Assembly (NCBI GenBank): GCA_963817895.1
Contig: CAWFQB010000005.1
Span: 512,001 to 576,000, forward strand
Direction: 5' to 3'
From: an uncultured Chthonomonadaceae bacterium
GTDB taxonomy: Bacteria > Armatimonadota > Chthonomonadetes > Chthonomonadales > Chthonomonadaceae
DNA: 64,000 nucleotides
Shown piece after piece: positions 31,803 to 42,790 of this stretch. Positions within the stretch are counted from its first letter, which is position 1. Each line of letters opens with the position of its first letter. The notes under the pieces are model-generated. The model was not told the DNA's origin, searched no databases, and saw nothing but the letters and a program-made list of their open reading frames with translations. Position numbers and translations under genes: made by a program.

Positions 31803-32054
31803 ATACTTCTCCCTGAATAAAACGCTGGCGTTAAAACCAGTGTTTGAAAAACGTCTTTCCCTGTTCTCGCGCTGTTTCGTTCAGCGGGACGGAAAAACGC
31901 GGTTGTGTGACAGCCTGTAAAACGGTACAATGTCGTGTGTCATCGTCACGCGCTGAATAGAGCTATGGGACAACTTTGAACATACCTTCAAGGAGTATAC
32001 CATACAGGGCTGATGTTCCATAAATATCGCGGGCGGTGAAATCAAAATGGAGGC

Positions 32055-32588
32055 ATGGAAAAGCAACGCATGAGTTCAGCAGACACATTGACTGTGATTG
32101 GAGCCAAATACCTGATTATTCTTCCCCTGCTGCTGGTTTGTTGGGAGTTCTGGCGCGCGACGCCCCAGGAGCGGCAAACCATGCTGCGGCGCGGAATTCT
32201 GGCCGGGATTTTAGCCCTCGCGTTCGCCAAAATCGGCGGCGCGTTGTACAATGAGCCGCGTCCGTTTGTGGCGCATCACTTTACGCCCTTGATCCCACAC
32301 GAACCGGATAACGGCTTTCCTTCCGACCACACCCTGCTGGCGTTTACATGCGTGTTCCTGCTGCTGGCGCAATTAGCGGTTTCTGAATTTATTCTCGCGG
32401 CCCTGTTCGGCCTTGTTATTGCCGCTTCCCGCGTTCGCAGCGGCCTGCACTCCCCACTCGACATTGGCGCGAGCATCGTGTTTGCCGCCCTCGCAGTCGG
32501 CATCTCCACTCTTGTTTTCCGCAGTACATGGCACAAATCATCTTCCGCAGTCCATAGCAAGAGGCATAAGAAACACGAAACAGGATGA
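32055..32588 (+). CDS. PAP2-family phosphatase (BcrC-like)
   Basis: EPRPF, GFPSDH, SRVRSGLHSPLDI. Confidence 0.9.
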   Translation: MEKQRMSSADTLTVIGAKYLIILPLLLVCWEFWRATPQERQTMLRRGILAGILALAFAKIGGALYNEPRPFVAHHFTPLIPHEPDNGFPSDHTLLAFTCVFLLLAQLAVSEFILAALFGLVIAASRVRSGLHSPLDIGASIVFAALAVGISTLVFRSTWHKSSSAVHSKRHKKHETG

Positions 32589-32741
32589 AAAAGGCTATTC
32601 GCCCTTACCTGCCTTACTCGTTTGCCGGAGGAACCTCGTAGACGCTATCAATTACCATTCGGCTCATAATTTCTTTGTGGTCGCCATTCCACTGTTCAAA
32701 GTAATCTTCGCTGCCATTGCCCCGCCACAAGTAGCGCGTAA

Positions 32742-33209
32742 TTACATCAATCCCGCGCGGCGGTTCCTGCGATAAAATGTAACGAGCGCGCCGTCTTGCA
32801 AATACCACACAAACGCTTTTGCTCGACTGTTGGGGAATTCCTTGCGGTACTCCTTGCGACAGCGCGTAACGATATATGCGGGCCAGTCACTGTCCTCGCC
32901 ACACATCACTTCAAGAACAGGCTCTTTCACCGGGAGCATCGGCAGGCGACGCATCTGCCACTCGCAGTATCTTTTCTCGTAGGCTTCAATGTACGCGAGG
33001 GGATGAGGATAGCGGATGCCATGCGCTGTAAGAGAACCGTCCTGACCGAGATTTAAATCGCCAAGTTGTGTTTGAAGATAACGAACCAATGCTTGTGTCG
33101 CATTTTCGGCGCGGACAAGATGGATAACCGCATGACCGCCATAGTCATCGGAGTTATACGGCTTGAAATAGATAACAAAATAACACTCTGTCGCAGGTTC
33201 ATAACTCAT
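32742..33209 (-). CDS. Hypothetical protein (may continue to 32614 through a frameshift)
   Basis: 155 aa ORF directly after trpF; overlapping ORF 32614..32808 could be its C-terminus. Confidence 0.55.
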   Translation of the reverse strand: MSYEPATECYFVIYFKPYNSDDYGGHAVIHLVRAENATQALVRYLQTQLGDLNLGQDGSLTAHGIRYPHPLAYIEAYEKRYCEWQMRRLPMLPVKEPVLEVMCGEDSDWPAYIVTRCRKEYRKEFPNSRAKAFVWYLQDGALVTFYRRNRRAGLM

Positions 33210-33218
33210 AGAGTAGAT

Positions 33219-33872
33219 TTATCTTTCCTGCGCTGCCGCGACAAATGCCGCTAATTTTGCCACATCCAGTTGGCCGTTCGTCCGAACGCCGCTGCAAATA
33301 TCTACGCCGAACGGCTGCACAAAATCAATGGCCTGCGCTACATTGTCGGCGTTCAAGCCGCCCGCAAGAAAGAGGGGTAAGACGACGGCTTCCCGAATGG
33401 CGCGGCTGATTTCCCAATCATGGACGCGCCCGGTTCCGCCCAATTCTTTTACGGTCAGGGATGGATTGCCCGAATCCAACAGCAGAGCATCCACATAAGG
33501 CGCAACACTCAACGCTTCCGCAACCGAGGACGGCCCGACAACATGAATCACCTGCACAACTTTGATACCCGGCAGTTCGGCGCGAAGTCGAGCGTATTCG
33601 TCAAGCGGCAGGCTGTCTACAATCTGTAACGTGTTGGCGCGCGTTCGTTTCTGCTGCGCGATAATGGCAGGCGCGTTCTGTTGACTGGTGAGCAGAAATG
33701 TGGCAATCGGCGGCGGAACAGCTTCGATGATATGCGCGATTTGGTCTTCCGCTATGGGCCCAGGACCGCTCGGCATAGCGGATACCAGCCCAAGCGCGGA
33801 GGCGCCGCTGTCAATGGCAAGCCTCGCCTCTTCCCGGCTGGCAATGCAGCAAATTTTAATGCGGGGAGTCAT
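33219..33872 (-). CDS. trpF: Phosphoribosylanthranilate isomerase
   Basis: RIKICCI, LLLDSG...GGTGRVHDW, LAGGLNADNV, PFGVDICSGV. Confidence 0.93.
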   Translation of the reverse strand: MTPRIKICCIASREEARLAIDSGASALGLVSAMPSGPGPIAEDQIAHIIEAVPPPIATFLLTSQQNAPAIIAQQKRTRANTLQIVDSLPLDEYARLRAELPGIKVVQVIHVVGPSSVAEALSVAPYVDALLLDSGNPSLTVKELGGTGRVHDWEISRAIREAVVLPLFLAGGLNADNVAQAIDFVQPFGVDICSGVRTNGQLDVAKLAAFVAAAQER

Positions 33873-33923
33873 GGCGTATTTCTGTACTCATTTCACGAAA
33901 AGAACGCGCAAGCGCGTTTGTTG

Positions 33924-34538
33924 TCAATCATTGGGTGGGCCTTCCACAGGAGACATTTCGAGCGGCGGCGGAAAGGTAACATCCTGATAAATTTCGCCAA
34001 ATGGCAAGGTAACACCGGCAAGGTCGAGCCGTAGCGTGGTTTCCATGCCTTTCAGAACCGTGAGCAGCCAGGTATCGTCCGGCTGACGCGCATATACCTC
34101 AACGATGGGCGCGTCCTGTTGTATCAGGATATAGAGTTGCAGCGAGGACAGGGAACGATAGCAGGCGAATTTGCTTCCGCGATCAACGGCTTCCGTACTG
34201 GACGACAGCACCTCGAAAACAACCGTCGGGTTGCGTACCATCTCCGACGCGCCCTCCTCGTACTGCGGCTGACCACAAACAATAAAGGCATCGGGATAGA
34301 AGTAGGTGTTACATTCGCGGACGCGAACGCGCGTATCGCCCAGGAACAGATTGCACGGGCTACCGTCCAATTGGTTCCCCACACGACGCACAAGATTGCG
34401 AATAATTTGGTTATGTCGGGGGGTGCCGCCCGACATCGCCACAATTTCGCCGTTCCAGTATTCACTACGAAATTCGGCTAAATCTTCCTGTTGCAGGTAC
34501 TGTTCCGGCGTCACGTAACTCCGTGCCAATGCTGTCAT
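33924..34538 (-). CDS. Uma2-family endonuclease
   Basis: EYWNGEIVAMSGGTPRHNQI, YFYPD, EVLSSSTEAVDRGSKF..Y. Confidence 0.93.
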   Translation of the reverse strand: MTALARSYVTPEQYLQQEDLAEFRSEYWNGEIVAMSGGTPRHNQIIRNLVRRVGNQLDGSPCNLFLGDTRVRVRECNTYFYPDAFIVCGQPQYEEGASEMVRNPTVVFEVLSSSTEAVDRGSKFACYRSLSSLQLYILIQQDAPIVEVYARQPDDTWLLTVLKGMETTLRLDLAGVTLPFGEIYQDVTFPPPLEMSPVEGPPND

Positions 34539-34658
34539 CGTTTATTCTCCTTATCAGCAAGTATCTAAAACAGCATACTATGCGGCGCGGCGCTATTCAG
34601 GAAATTTCTCCTGCAATCAGGCGAAGAAACTTGCGCCGGTCTACGCCCGGTATGAGGG

Positions 34659-35495
34659 CTATGGAAACAGTACCTTTTCACCGGCTTTGCCCACCCACGA
34701 ACGCGCGCCGGGATATTTCGCCTCCAGATACCGGACGAACTTTTGCGGGTCTTCCTGATTGCCCACAAACATATCGTAGTGCGCGGGAACGACAAGCCCG
34801 GTCTTCAAATCTCCCGCCAGTTCTACCGCTTCCTGATAGGTCATGTTGCCGATGCAGCCACTCAAAAAGCGTTCCGCGTCGCGCCCGTTGATGGGCAGAA
34901 ACATCACATCTATATGCGGCCATTGGCGTAGCGTGTCGCGCAGGCCGTCGTACAAAATCGTGTCGCCCGCATGGTAGAACGTCACGCCGCCCGCTTCCAC
35001 GACGTAACCGAGATAGGGGAAACCCAGTTCCGGGTCTTCGTCGAACTCCTCGTGCTTGGCTTTGATGGCCGTGATTTTCACGCCATGCTCTTCCCACCAG
35101 TTGCCCGCGTCGAGCGCATGCAGGCGCGATTCGGGAATCTGCCCTTCGGTTTTCATGCGGATGGCCTCGGTTCGCGGACAGAAGAACTGCGCGTCCGGCG
35201 AAGCAACCGCCATGTGGGGGAGCGTGTCCGGGCAAAGGTGATCGCCATGCCCGTGCGTAATCAGGGCAAAATCGGCGTGTCGCGCCTCCTGTGGCGTGAG
35301 CAGGGACGGCGTTTGCCGCGACTCCCAATCGGCAAACCACGGATCGAAATAGAATACCCTGTCCCCGGCCTTCACCACAAACGTATGCTGCCCCAGCCAC
35401 CAGAACGCGCCCTGCCCCCGCGCCGTCTGTGTGTCCCGAATATCCCCTAACAATGTCGCGTGATCCTGCGCGATCTGCGCCCCTGCCAATCCCAT
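34659..35495 (-). CDS. MBL-fold metallo-hydrolase (UlaG-like)
   Basis: WWLGQ, THGHGDH, YHAGDT, FLPING, PAHYDMF; AGGAGG RBS. Confidence 0.9.
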   Translation of the reverse strand: MGLAGAQIAQDHATLLGDIRDTQTARGQGAFWWLGQHTFVVKAGDRVFYFDPWFADWESRQTPSLLTPQEARHADFALITHGHGDHLCPDTLPHMAVASPDAQFFCPRTEAIRMKTEGQIPESRLHALDAGNWWEEHGVKITAIKAKHEEFDEDPELGFPYLGYVVEAGGVTFYHAGDTILYDGLRDTLRQWPHIDVMFLPINGRDAERFLSGCIGNMTYQEAVELAGDLKTGLVVPAHYDMFVGNQEDPQKFVRYLEAKYPGARSWVGKAGEKVLFP

Positions 35496-35830
35496 GATTT
35501 CCTCCTGTGGAAAGAGTGTAAATAGCCGCGAATGAACGCGAATATAATCTGAATTACGCATAAAACGCTTTATGGTTGTCTTTTCGGTGTCACGTTGTGC
35601 GCCAACGCGCGTTTAGATGAGGGTAATAGATTCTAGTGTAGGGATTACAACAGCAAACAGGTAATTAGCGGGGGCGGCGCGCGGCCTTGAAGCGGGAACA
35701 AACGTTGTGGAGCGTCCGTCCTATACATACCAAAAGCTGTAAACCGCAGGTTGGAGCCGGGATGTCATGAAGCGTTCGCCCGACCTGACATAATAAAACG
35801 AACACAAACGTGTTTGGGGAGAGAACTAAA

Positions 35831-36157
35831 ATGAATACGAACAAGAGTGTGATGGCTGTTGGCGCATTGGTTGCTTTTATGGGATCGGCTGTGATGGCCC
35901 CCATGACGGCGCGGGCGAGTGAAGAGGGCAAGCGCAACACCACGCTGGGGTTAGGCGCGGGCGCAGCCGCCCTGCTGCTGACGCAGAAGAATAAAATTCC
36001 GGGCGCTCTGGTCGGCGCGGGCGCGGTATATTCGGGCATTTCGCTGCAAAACGACATCAACCGTCGCCACAAGCGCGAACGTCAACTGGCGTATGAGCGC
36101 AGAGTACGCGAACGCCGCGCAGCCCGCGCGCACCGTACCTACCGCCATGATCGGTAG
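35831..36157 (+). CDS. Small exported protein with Gly-zipper-like segment and basic tail
   Basis: Signal peptide ending ARA, GLGAGAAALL...GALVGAGA. Confidence 0.7.
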   Translation: MNTNKSVMAVGALVAFMGSAVMAPMTARASEEGKRNTTLGLGAGAAALLLTQKNKIPGALVGAGAVYSGISLQNDINRRHKRERQLAYERRVRERRAARAHRTYRHDR

Positions 36158-36211
36158 GATAGTTGATAGTCATCCGTTGCTTACTGAACTTCTCTTCGGC
36201 AACGATTAGAA

Positions 36212-36253
36212 CAACCCACTGGAAAATTAATTTTCCAGTGGGCTTTTGTTTTT
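36212..36253. terminator. Intrinsic terminator
   Basis: CCCACTGGAAAA-TTAA-TTTTCCAGTGGG-CTTTTGTTTT. Confidence 0.85.
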
Positions 36254-36296
36254 ACGCGCCCTGAAGAATTTCAGTGTCCTATCAACTATCAACTTC

Positions 36297-37259
36297 CTAA
36301 TGATCCGCGTAATGCTCGAACAGTTCGCTAACGGAGTTGTCTTCGTGGATGCGGAGGATGGCCTGCGCTAACAGGGGCGCGACGGACAGAACCTTGATCT
36401 TGGGGCTGTGCTTGTGCGGGGGCAGGGGGATGGTGTCCGTGACGACGAGGGAGCGCAGGGGCGAACAGTTGACGCGCTCAATGGCCTTGCCCGACAAAAT
36501 GCCGTGCGTACAGCAGGCGTGAACTTCGGCTGCGCCGCGCTCAATCAGGGCTTCCGCGCCCTGCACGATGCTGCCGCCCGTGTCTATCATGTCGTCAATC
36601 ATCACGCAGCGTTTGCCCGCCACATCGCCGATGATCTCCATGATCTCCACTTTGTTGGGTTCCGGGCGGCGCTTGGCGATAATGGCGATGGGGGATTTCA
36701 GATTTTCGGCAAGGGCGCGGGCGCGGGCCACGCCGCCCACGTCCGGCGAAACGACGCAGGTGCTGCCGTCATACAAACCCTCGGAAAGCAGATGCTCGGC
36801 AATCAGCGGGCCGGCGTACAGATGATCTACGGGAAGATCGAAAAATCCCTGAATCTGCCCCGCGTGAAGGTCCAAAGCAAGAACCCGACTGGCCCCCGCC
36901 TGTGTAATCAGGTTGGCGACCAGGCGAGCCGTCACGGGTTCGCGCGGCTTCACCTTTTTATCCTGACGGGCATAGCCATAATAGGGCAAAACAACCGTGA
37001 TGCGCTGGGCGGACGCGCGACGGAAGGCGTCAATCATAATCAACACTTCCATCAGGTTGTCGTTGACCGGGGCGCACGTCGGCTGCACGATGAAAATGTC
37101 CTGCCCCCGCGCCGACTCCTCGATTTTAACGCTGATTTCCCCGTCGGAGAAATGGCTGACCTGAATCTCGCCAAGCTCTACCTTGAGTTCAGCGGCAATG
37201 CTGGCGGCAAGGGCGGGGTTGGCATTACCGGTAAAGATACGCAGGTTGGAACCACACAT
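36297..37259 (-). CDS. prs: Ribose-phosphate pyrophosphokinase
   Basis: [43 protein letters not shown]. Confidence 0.98.
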   Translation of the reverse strand: MCGSNLRIFTGNANPALAASIAAELKVELGEIQVSHFSDGEISVKIEESARGQDIFIVQPTCAPVNDNLMEVLIMIDAFRRASAQRITVVLPYYGYARQDKKVKPREPVTARLVANLITQAGASRVLALDLHAGQIQGFFDLPVDHLYAGPLIAEHLLSEGLYDGSTCVVSPDVGGVARARALAENLKSPIAIIAKRRPEPNKVEIMEIIGDVAGKRCVMIDDMIDTGGSIVQGAEALIERGAAEVHACCTHGILSGKAIERVNCSPLRSLVVTDTIPLPPHKHSPKIKVLSVAPLLAQAILRIHEDNSVSELFEHYADH

Positions 37260-37409
37260 AGCCGTTCTCCTCTGGCAATGGACTGAAACAGGCGGTGGCG
37301 GCAGGAAATACAGAGATTAAGAACAGCCGCGAATGAACGCGAATACACGCGAATGGGATGATGAGTTTAAGCGCAAATACGCTTCAGGGCGATACAGCCA
37401 TGCGAAACG

Positions 37410-38900
37410 TTATTCCGGTGACGGGACGACTTCGGCAAGAGTGGATTCGTCCGACATGGCAGACACGGCTTTGGCTTTCGCCTGCCGCGCATGGTACTCG
37501 GCGGCCCAACCCTCTTTTACCGTCGGGCGGGCGCGCGCAATTCCCAATGCGTCGGCGGGAACATCTTCGGTTATCGCGGACGCGGCGGCGATAAACGCGC
37601 CGTCGCCAATCGTTACGGGCGCGACAAGGGTTGAATTGGACCCGATAAACGCGCGTTCGCCAATCAGGGTACGGTATTTGCGATACCCGTCATAATTGCA
37701 GGTAATGGCTCCCGCGCCGATGTTGGTTCCCGCCCCGATTTCGGCATCCCCAATGTACGACAGATGCGACGCCTGTGCGCCCTCGTGGAAAATGGCGTTC
37801 TTCACTTCCACAAAATCGCCAATTTTCACGCGCCTGCCAAGATGCGTACCCGGACGCAAATTCGAGAACGGGCCGACTTTGACGCCATCTTCCAGTTCGC
37901 TGTCCACAACCTGCGAGGCAAGGATGCGGACGCCGTTCCCAATGCGGCTGTTTTCAATGCGGGTCATGGGGCCGAGGACGCAGTCTTCGCCGATGGTTGT
38001 GCCGTGCAGCAGATATGTGTTCGGTTCCACAACCGTATCCTGCCCGATGGTAACGCCCACGTCTATATACGTGTTCGCCGGGTCAATGATGCTCACGCCC
38101 GACAGCATCAATTCGTTTAATATGCGCTGCCGCAAAATCGCGTCACAGCCCGCAAGTTCCACGCGGTTATTGACGCCAAGCACGTCCCGCGCGTCTTCGG
38201 CGGCAACGGCTTCCAATTGCGCGCCCCGGTCGGAAAGCAGGCCGATGGTATCGGTCAGGTAAAATTCGCCCTGCGCGTTCACGGGCTGAATATCGGCAAG
38301 GGCAGACCACAAAGCCGAACTCTGAAAAGCGTACAGGGACGGGTTCCACTCTTTGATGGCGCGTTCGATTTCGGAAGCGTCGCGGTGTTCCACAATGCGC
38401 TGAACCCGCTGCGCCGAATCGCGAATCACGCGCCCGTAGCCGGTTGGGTCGTCCAGAAACGCGGTAAGAAGCGTGGCCGCCGCGCCGGTTTGCTGATGGT
38501 GTTGCAGCAGGCGGGACAGGGTTGCGCCGGGAAGCAGCGGCACATCCCCGGCCAATACCAGAATCGCGCCGGGCCAGTCGCCGAGCAGGGGTTGCGCCGC
38601 CCGCACCGCGTCGCCCGTCCCCTTTTGCTGCGCCTGTAAAACGTACTCGACCTCATTGCCCAACCCGGCTTTTACGGCTTCGGCCTCGTGTCCGACAACC
38701 ACGACAATGCGCTGTACTCCTGCCTGCCGACAAGCGCGAATCACATGCGCGGTCATGGGCAGGCCACAAAGCGGATGCAGCATTTTAGGCATTTTAGAGC
38801 GCATCCGGGTAGATTTGCCCGCTGCCAGAATAATCGCGGCGACCGGCGGATGGTCCTTCGGCGCGGTCTGCGCGGCTGCCGTGGATGCGTTCTCCATCAA
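37410..38900 (-). CDS. glmU: Bifunctional GlmU
   Basis: ILAAGKSTRMRS..PK, NAQGEFYLTD, HLSYIGDA, GAGAITCNYDG. Confidence 0.98.
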   Translation of the reverse strand: MMENASTAAAQTAPKDHPPVAAIILAAGKSTRMRSKMPKMLHPLCGLPMTAHVIRACRQAGVQRIVVVVGHEAEAVKAGLGNEVEYVLQAQQKGTGDAVRAAQPLLGDWPGAILVLAGDVPLLPGATLSRLLQHHQQTGAAATLLTAFLDDPTGYGRVIRDSAQRVQRIVEHRDASEIERAIKEWNPSLYAFQSSALWSALADIQPVNAQGEFYLTDTIGLLSDRGAQLEAVAAEDARDVLGVNNRVELAGCDAILRQRILNELMLSGVSIIDPANTYIDVGVTIGQDTVVEPNTYLLHGTTIGEDCVLGPMTRIENSRIGNGVRILASQVVDSELEDGVKVGPFSNLRPGTHLGRRVKIGDFVEVKNAIFHEGAQASHLSYIGDAEIGAGTNIGAGAITCNYDGYRKYRTLIGERAFIGSNSTLVAPVTIGDGAFIAAASAITEDVPADALGIARARPTVKEGWAAEYHARQAKAKAVSAMSDESTLAEVVPSPE

Positions 38901-38992
38901 ATGCTTTCTCCAGTGAAATTATAATTCAGCCTGCGTCGGTGGCAGGAGTATCGCTGACTTCCCACAAAGGGAACGGCGGAACCAACACGACT

Positions 38993-39021
38993 ATTATAAA
39001 GGAATGGGAAAAAGGAGTCAA
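38993..39021 (-). promoter_or_regulatory. Sigma70-type promoter of glmU-prs
   Basis: TTGACT-N17-TATAAT on the minus strand. Confidence 0.8.
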
Positions 39022-39272
39022 GCGGATTCGGCGCTAATTTTGCCAGCCTTGCAGATAATCCTTCACTATTTTGCTTTGGGAGTGCAAGCCTGTTCAGAAT
39101 TCCCAGAACGCTTCCCGATTCCGCATGGAAAAGACAGGGGCGAGACAGACGCGGCGTAGCGAATGAAAACGCAGGTTATGACGACTGCCTGCCCCTTTTC
39201 AAACTCTAATGCTCGTGTCCATCAGCCTCTGTCTTTGAACTTGAACCAACTTCAGAGTCAGGTTTGCTGTCG

Positions 39273-39800
39273 CTATTCCAGCGTTTCGCGGTAAGCGTCG
39301 AGCGCGGCCCGCGTCAGCATCACATTCTCAATCCCGCTCAGATCGTTGATAACCTCTTCCAGTTGAAGCGGGCTGAACAGGCACTCGAAAGGGTCGAATT
39401 GATCGGCAGGCGTGTTGAGAAAACTGCGCAGGCGCGGGCGCATCACGCCGTAGCGCGACTGCATTTCAACGCGCATTTCGCTGTATTTGCGCGACATGTC
39501 CATCGTCGCGCCCTCTTTAGCGGCGCGGCACAATAAATCCACCATGTCTTCATAATGGACGGTGAAGTCTGCAAGCTGCGCCAGTTGCCGAACGCGCTGC
39601 CGCTGTCGGGCGCGTTCACGCAGGCTCCAGCGATGCAGGTTCGCCGTTGCGGCGCGCTGCCACCAGGCGTGAGCGTCCGCGCGCCATGTCAGCGCCTGCT
39701 CGTTCCAGATGCGCGATTGCCGCAGAAATTGATTGCGCGTGGCGTGCCATTGCAGGCGTAACCGGGCCAGACCGGGCGGGGGACCCAGACGAATCGCCAT
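39273..39800 (-). CDS. Hypothetical protein
   Basis: 175 aa ORF with AAGGAG RBS. Confidence 0.7.
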   Translation of the reverse strand: MAIRLGPPPGLARLRLQWHATRNQFLRQSRIWNEQALTWRADAHAWWQRAATANLHRWSLRERARQRQRVRQLAQLADFTVHYEDMVDLLCRAAKEGATMDMSRKYSEMRVEMQSRYGVMRPRLRSFLNTPADQFDPFECLFSPLQLEEVINDLSGIENVMLTRAALDAYRETLE

Positions 39801-39970
39801 TCTTCTCTCCTTGTTTGCTCCGGTTCACCCGAAAGGGGCTGTCACCGCAACAGCCGGCATCCGCTCTGCAAACGCTTCTAACGAGCGTTTTATGAAAGTA
39901 TACACTGCATAGTTGAACAACTTTCATCGCAGACGGCTTGCCGCCGTTTTATGTTCGCTTATATTTTAGC

Positions 39971-40549
39971 TTAACGTTCCTGCATTTTCGCCAGATAGTT
40001 GACCCGCAGGTCATTGAGGCGGCGCTGCATTTCGCGGCGTTCCTCGGCTGTCAAACCGGCGTCTATCTTGCCCAACAGAAACTGTACGCAGTCAATGGCG
40101 ATTTGCGCTTCGGGCAGGTTCTTTTCCGTCTGCCCGGTCATGGGATTGGCGACCAGTCCCATGGCTCGCCACGCCTGCCCGGAGAAAACGCCGAGCAGCG
40201 TGATTGCCAGCGTTTTTACGTCCATCTGCATGGCGACATACGCCAGCAACGCGCCGGGATCGGGCATGGACATGGCATTGTCGGCGGGTTCGGCATCATC
40301 GGATTCATCGGACACGCCGGGAAGGGTATCCCCGGATGAAGATGAGGACGGGGCTGTAGCCTGCGCGTCCTGCGATTGGGCAGGATTTGCCTTTGCGTTT
40401 GTAGAAAAAGTGTCGGCGGGGACATCTGCGTTGGAACCGTCGGACGCGGGCGGTTCCGCAAGCGTGGATTCGGCGGCTATCGGTTCCTCGGATTGCGCGG
40501 ATCGGCGGCGATCCACGACGTGAAAGGCCGGTTTTTCGGGGTCTGTCAT
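39971..40549 (-). CDS. DUF1844 domain protein
   Basis: F.VVDRRR, AWRAMGLVANPMTG..EKNLPEAQIAID...L..LRVNY. Confidence 0.85.
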   Translation of the reverse strand: MTDPEKPAFHVVDRRRSAQSEEPIAAESTLAEPPASDGSNADVPADTFSTNAKANPAQSQDAQATAPSSSSSGDTLPGVSDESDDAEPADNAMSMPDPGALLAYVAMQMDVKTLAITLLGVFSGQAWRAMGLVANPMTGQTEKNLPEAQIAIDCVQFLLGKIDAGLTAEERREMQRRLNDLRVNYLAKMQER

Positions 40550-40849
40550 CGCGGGGTGTAACTCCTCGCGCCTAAAGCGCGTTTCGTTTCAAACGTGCGT
40601 CAGTATAACACAAGTGGCAGGCGATTACAATGGCGAATCGGCACTTTGGCGACTCTTTTTCGACTCTATTTTCACCCAATTGCGAGTCATAGCAGACGCC
40701 TGTTTACAGCGTAATTCGCGCGATTCGCGGCCCATTGCGCAGCAACTATCGGCTATGCGCAACGCTTGCTTTTAAGGCCTACAGGCGCTGGTTGTAACGT
40801 TAATGTATCACTTTCAACTTATCCTTTAACCCCTGCTCGGAGTTTTTTA

Positions 40850-41605
40850 ATGTCACAACTAACCTCTCTGGTCGCGTATTTGAACGAATATCTGGCTGTG
40901 CGCGACGTGCCGGATTACAAGGAGGCGTACAATGGCCTACAGGTGGAGGGCAGGGCTGAAGTTCGCCGCGTCGCCGTTGCCGTAGACGCCTGCAAAGCGA
41001 CCATTGAGCAGGCGATAGCCGGGGGCGCGGACATGATGATTGTGCATCATGGCCTGTTCTGGGGCGCGAAAGCGCCGGTTACGGGCCTGTATTATCAGCG
41101 ATTGGCGCTGCTCATTAAGAACGACCTCGCGCTGTACTCGTGCCATGTGCCTCTGGACGCGCACCCGGAAGTGGGTAACAACCATGTTCTGGCGCGGCTG
41201 TTGGGCTTGAGCGTGTCGGGGTTGTGGGGCGAAATGGAGGGCGTTCCGATGGGCGTGTACGCGGACGTGGACATAGCCCGCGACGAACTGGCTTCCCGTA
41301 TCCGAAATGTGCTGCAAATCGAGCCGCATGTAATCGCTACCGGCCCCTCGGAACTGAAGCGCGTCGGAATTGTCACGGGCGCGGCGGGTACGTGGGTGGA
41401 ACGGGCGCAGGCGCGGGGCATAGATACGCTGTTGACCGGCGAAGGCCCGCACCACACCTATTTCGACGCCGAAGAGCGCGGCCTGAACCTGATTTTCGCC
41501 GGCCACTACGCGACGGAAACGGTAGGCGTCAAAGCGCTTGCGCAGCATCTACAGGAACGTTTCGGACTGGAAACCTTCTACATTGACCATCCCACAGGAC
41601 TGTAA
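40850..41605 (+). CDS. Nif3-like dinuclear metal centre protein (YbgI)
   Basis: NGLQVEG, VHHGLFW, H.PLDAHPEVGNN, AGHYATE. Confidence 0.95.
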   Translation: MSQLTSLVAYLNEYLAVRDVPDYKEAYNGLQVEGRAEVRRVAVAVDACKATIEQAIAGGADMMIVHHGLFWGAKAPVTGLYYQRLALLIKNDLALYSCHVPLDAHPEVGNNHVLARLLGLSVSGLWGEMEGVPMGVYADVDIARDELASRIRNVLQIEPHVIATGPSELKRVGIVTGAAGTWVERAQARGIDTLLTGEGPHHTYFDAEERGLNLIFAGHYATETVGVKALAQHLQERFGLETFYIDHPTGL

Positions 41606-41692
41606 GGAGTAAGATACGAGATACGAGATACGAGATACGAGGTACAAGAAATTCTACTCGTATCTCGTATCTCGTATCTTGTATCTCGTATC

Positions 41693-42070
41693 TCACCCCG
41701 GCGGCCACTGCATGAAGCGCCCGCCCAGAATGTGCCAGTGGACGTGATGCACGGTTTGGCCCCCGTTGTCGCGGGTATTCAACACGACGCGAAAGCCTTC
41801 GTCCGCTATGCCCAAAAGGGTTGCGGTTTGCTGCACGGCAAGCAGGGCGCGGCCTAACAAACCCTCATCGCTCATGTCCATCAGCGTTGGGAAATGCGCG
41901 CGGGGAATCAGCAGGACGTGAACGGGGGCCTGCGGATGCATATCGCGAAACGCGATAAACTCCTCGTTTTCAAAAACCGGCGTGACGGGAATCTGTCCCG
42001 CCGCGATTTTGCAGAAAACGCAGTCGCTTTCGACGGGTTGTTCGCTGTTCGATTCACTTGCGCCTGTCAT
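41693..42070 (-). CDS. Histidine triad nucleotide-binding protein
   Basis: DCVFCKI, PQAPVHVLLIP, GQTVHHVHWHILGGR..WPPG. Confidence 0.95.
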   Translation of the reverse strand: MTGASESNSEQPVESDCVFCKIAAGQIPVTPVFENEEFIAFRDMHPQAPVHVLLIPRAHFPTLMDMSDEGLLGRALLAVQQTATLLGIADEGFRVVLNTRDNGGQTVHHVHWHILGGRFMQWPPG

Positions 42071-42265
42071 GGCGAACTCCTCCACATTTAGGTTTTGGAT
42101 AACTGGTATTATTGGTGGGAAGAATACCCGATAAAGTGGCGTGAAGACTACGGGGAGGAGGGAGAGAAGGAGGCGCGGCGGCAGGGCCACGCGGCGGAAT
42201 GACTTCAACGTCAACCCGACGGCTTGCAGCAATTCGTAAACAGGCGTGGGCAGGGTAAGGAACCC

Positions 42266-42754
42266 TTAGTTGTTGATGCTGCTATCCGCAGGCGCGGTAT
42301 CCGGCACGGCGTTTGCGGACACGCCCAGTTTTTTCAGGCGGCGCTCCCATCGCTTGTGGATCACGCTGCGCACTTCGCGGCCTATCAAAATGATGCGCCC
42401 GCTGTGGCCGTGCGTGGGCGTCCCCGTAATGAAGTGGTAAATCACCTCGTCGTCGGCGATTTCGCGTTGCACGAAACTGATGTTCTCCGAGGCGCGATGC
42501 CCCCACCAGCCGTAGAACAGGGCGTCCAGATCGAACAGGGTGCTGACGGGCTTGATAACCTCGTACCGCGCCACCACTTCCGTCTCTTCCGAAAGACACA
42601 TGCCGCGCCCGACCAGCCCGAACTTGCGGCTGATACGCATAATGTCCTTCTCGAAAATGGACAGGTCTTCGGCGATACCGTTCTGATTGTTGACGCTGTT
42701 GAGCCATCGTTCGCCGTAACGCTCAACCAGCAACGCTTTCACATCTTCCAGCAT
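42266..42754 (-). CDS. Hypothetical protein
   Basis: 162 aa ORF with coding-like composition downstream of the TolB-like gene. Confidence 0.7.
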   Translation of the reverse strand: MLEDVKALLVERYGERWLNSVNNQNGIAEDLSIFEKDIMRISRKFGLVGRGMCLSEETEVVARYEVIKPVSTLFDLDALFYGWWGHRASENISFVQREIADDEVIYHFITGTPTHGHSGRIILIGREVRSVIHKRWERRLKKLGVSANAVPDTAPADSSINN

Positions 42755-42790
42755 GGCAGTTTTCGTCTCCGATCTATGAACCGGTTCCGG

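Noticed and set aside
39127..39200. Imperfect long hairpin upstream of the glmU promoter as a possible ncRNA
   Set aside because: No recognisable tRNA, SRP or 6S features, and pairing is modest for GC-rich DNA.
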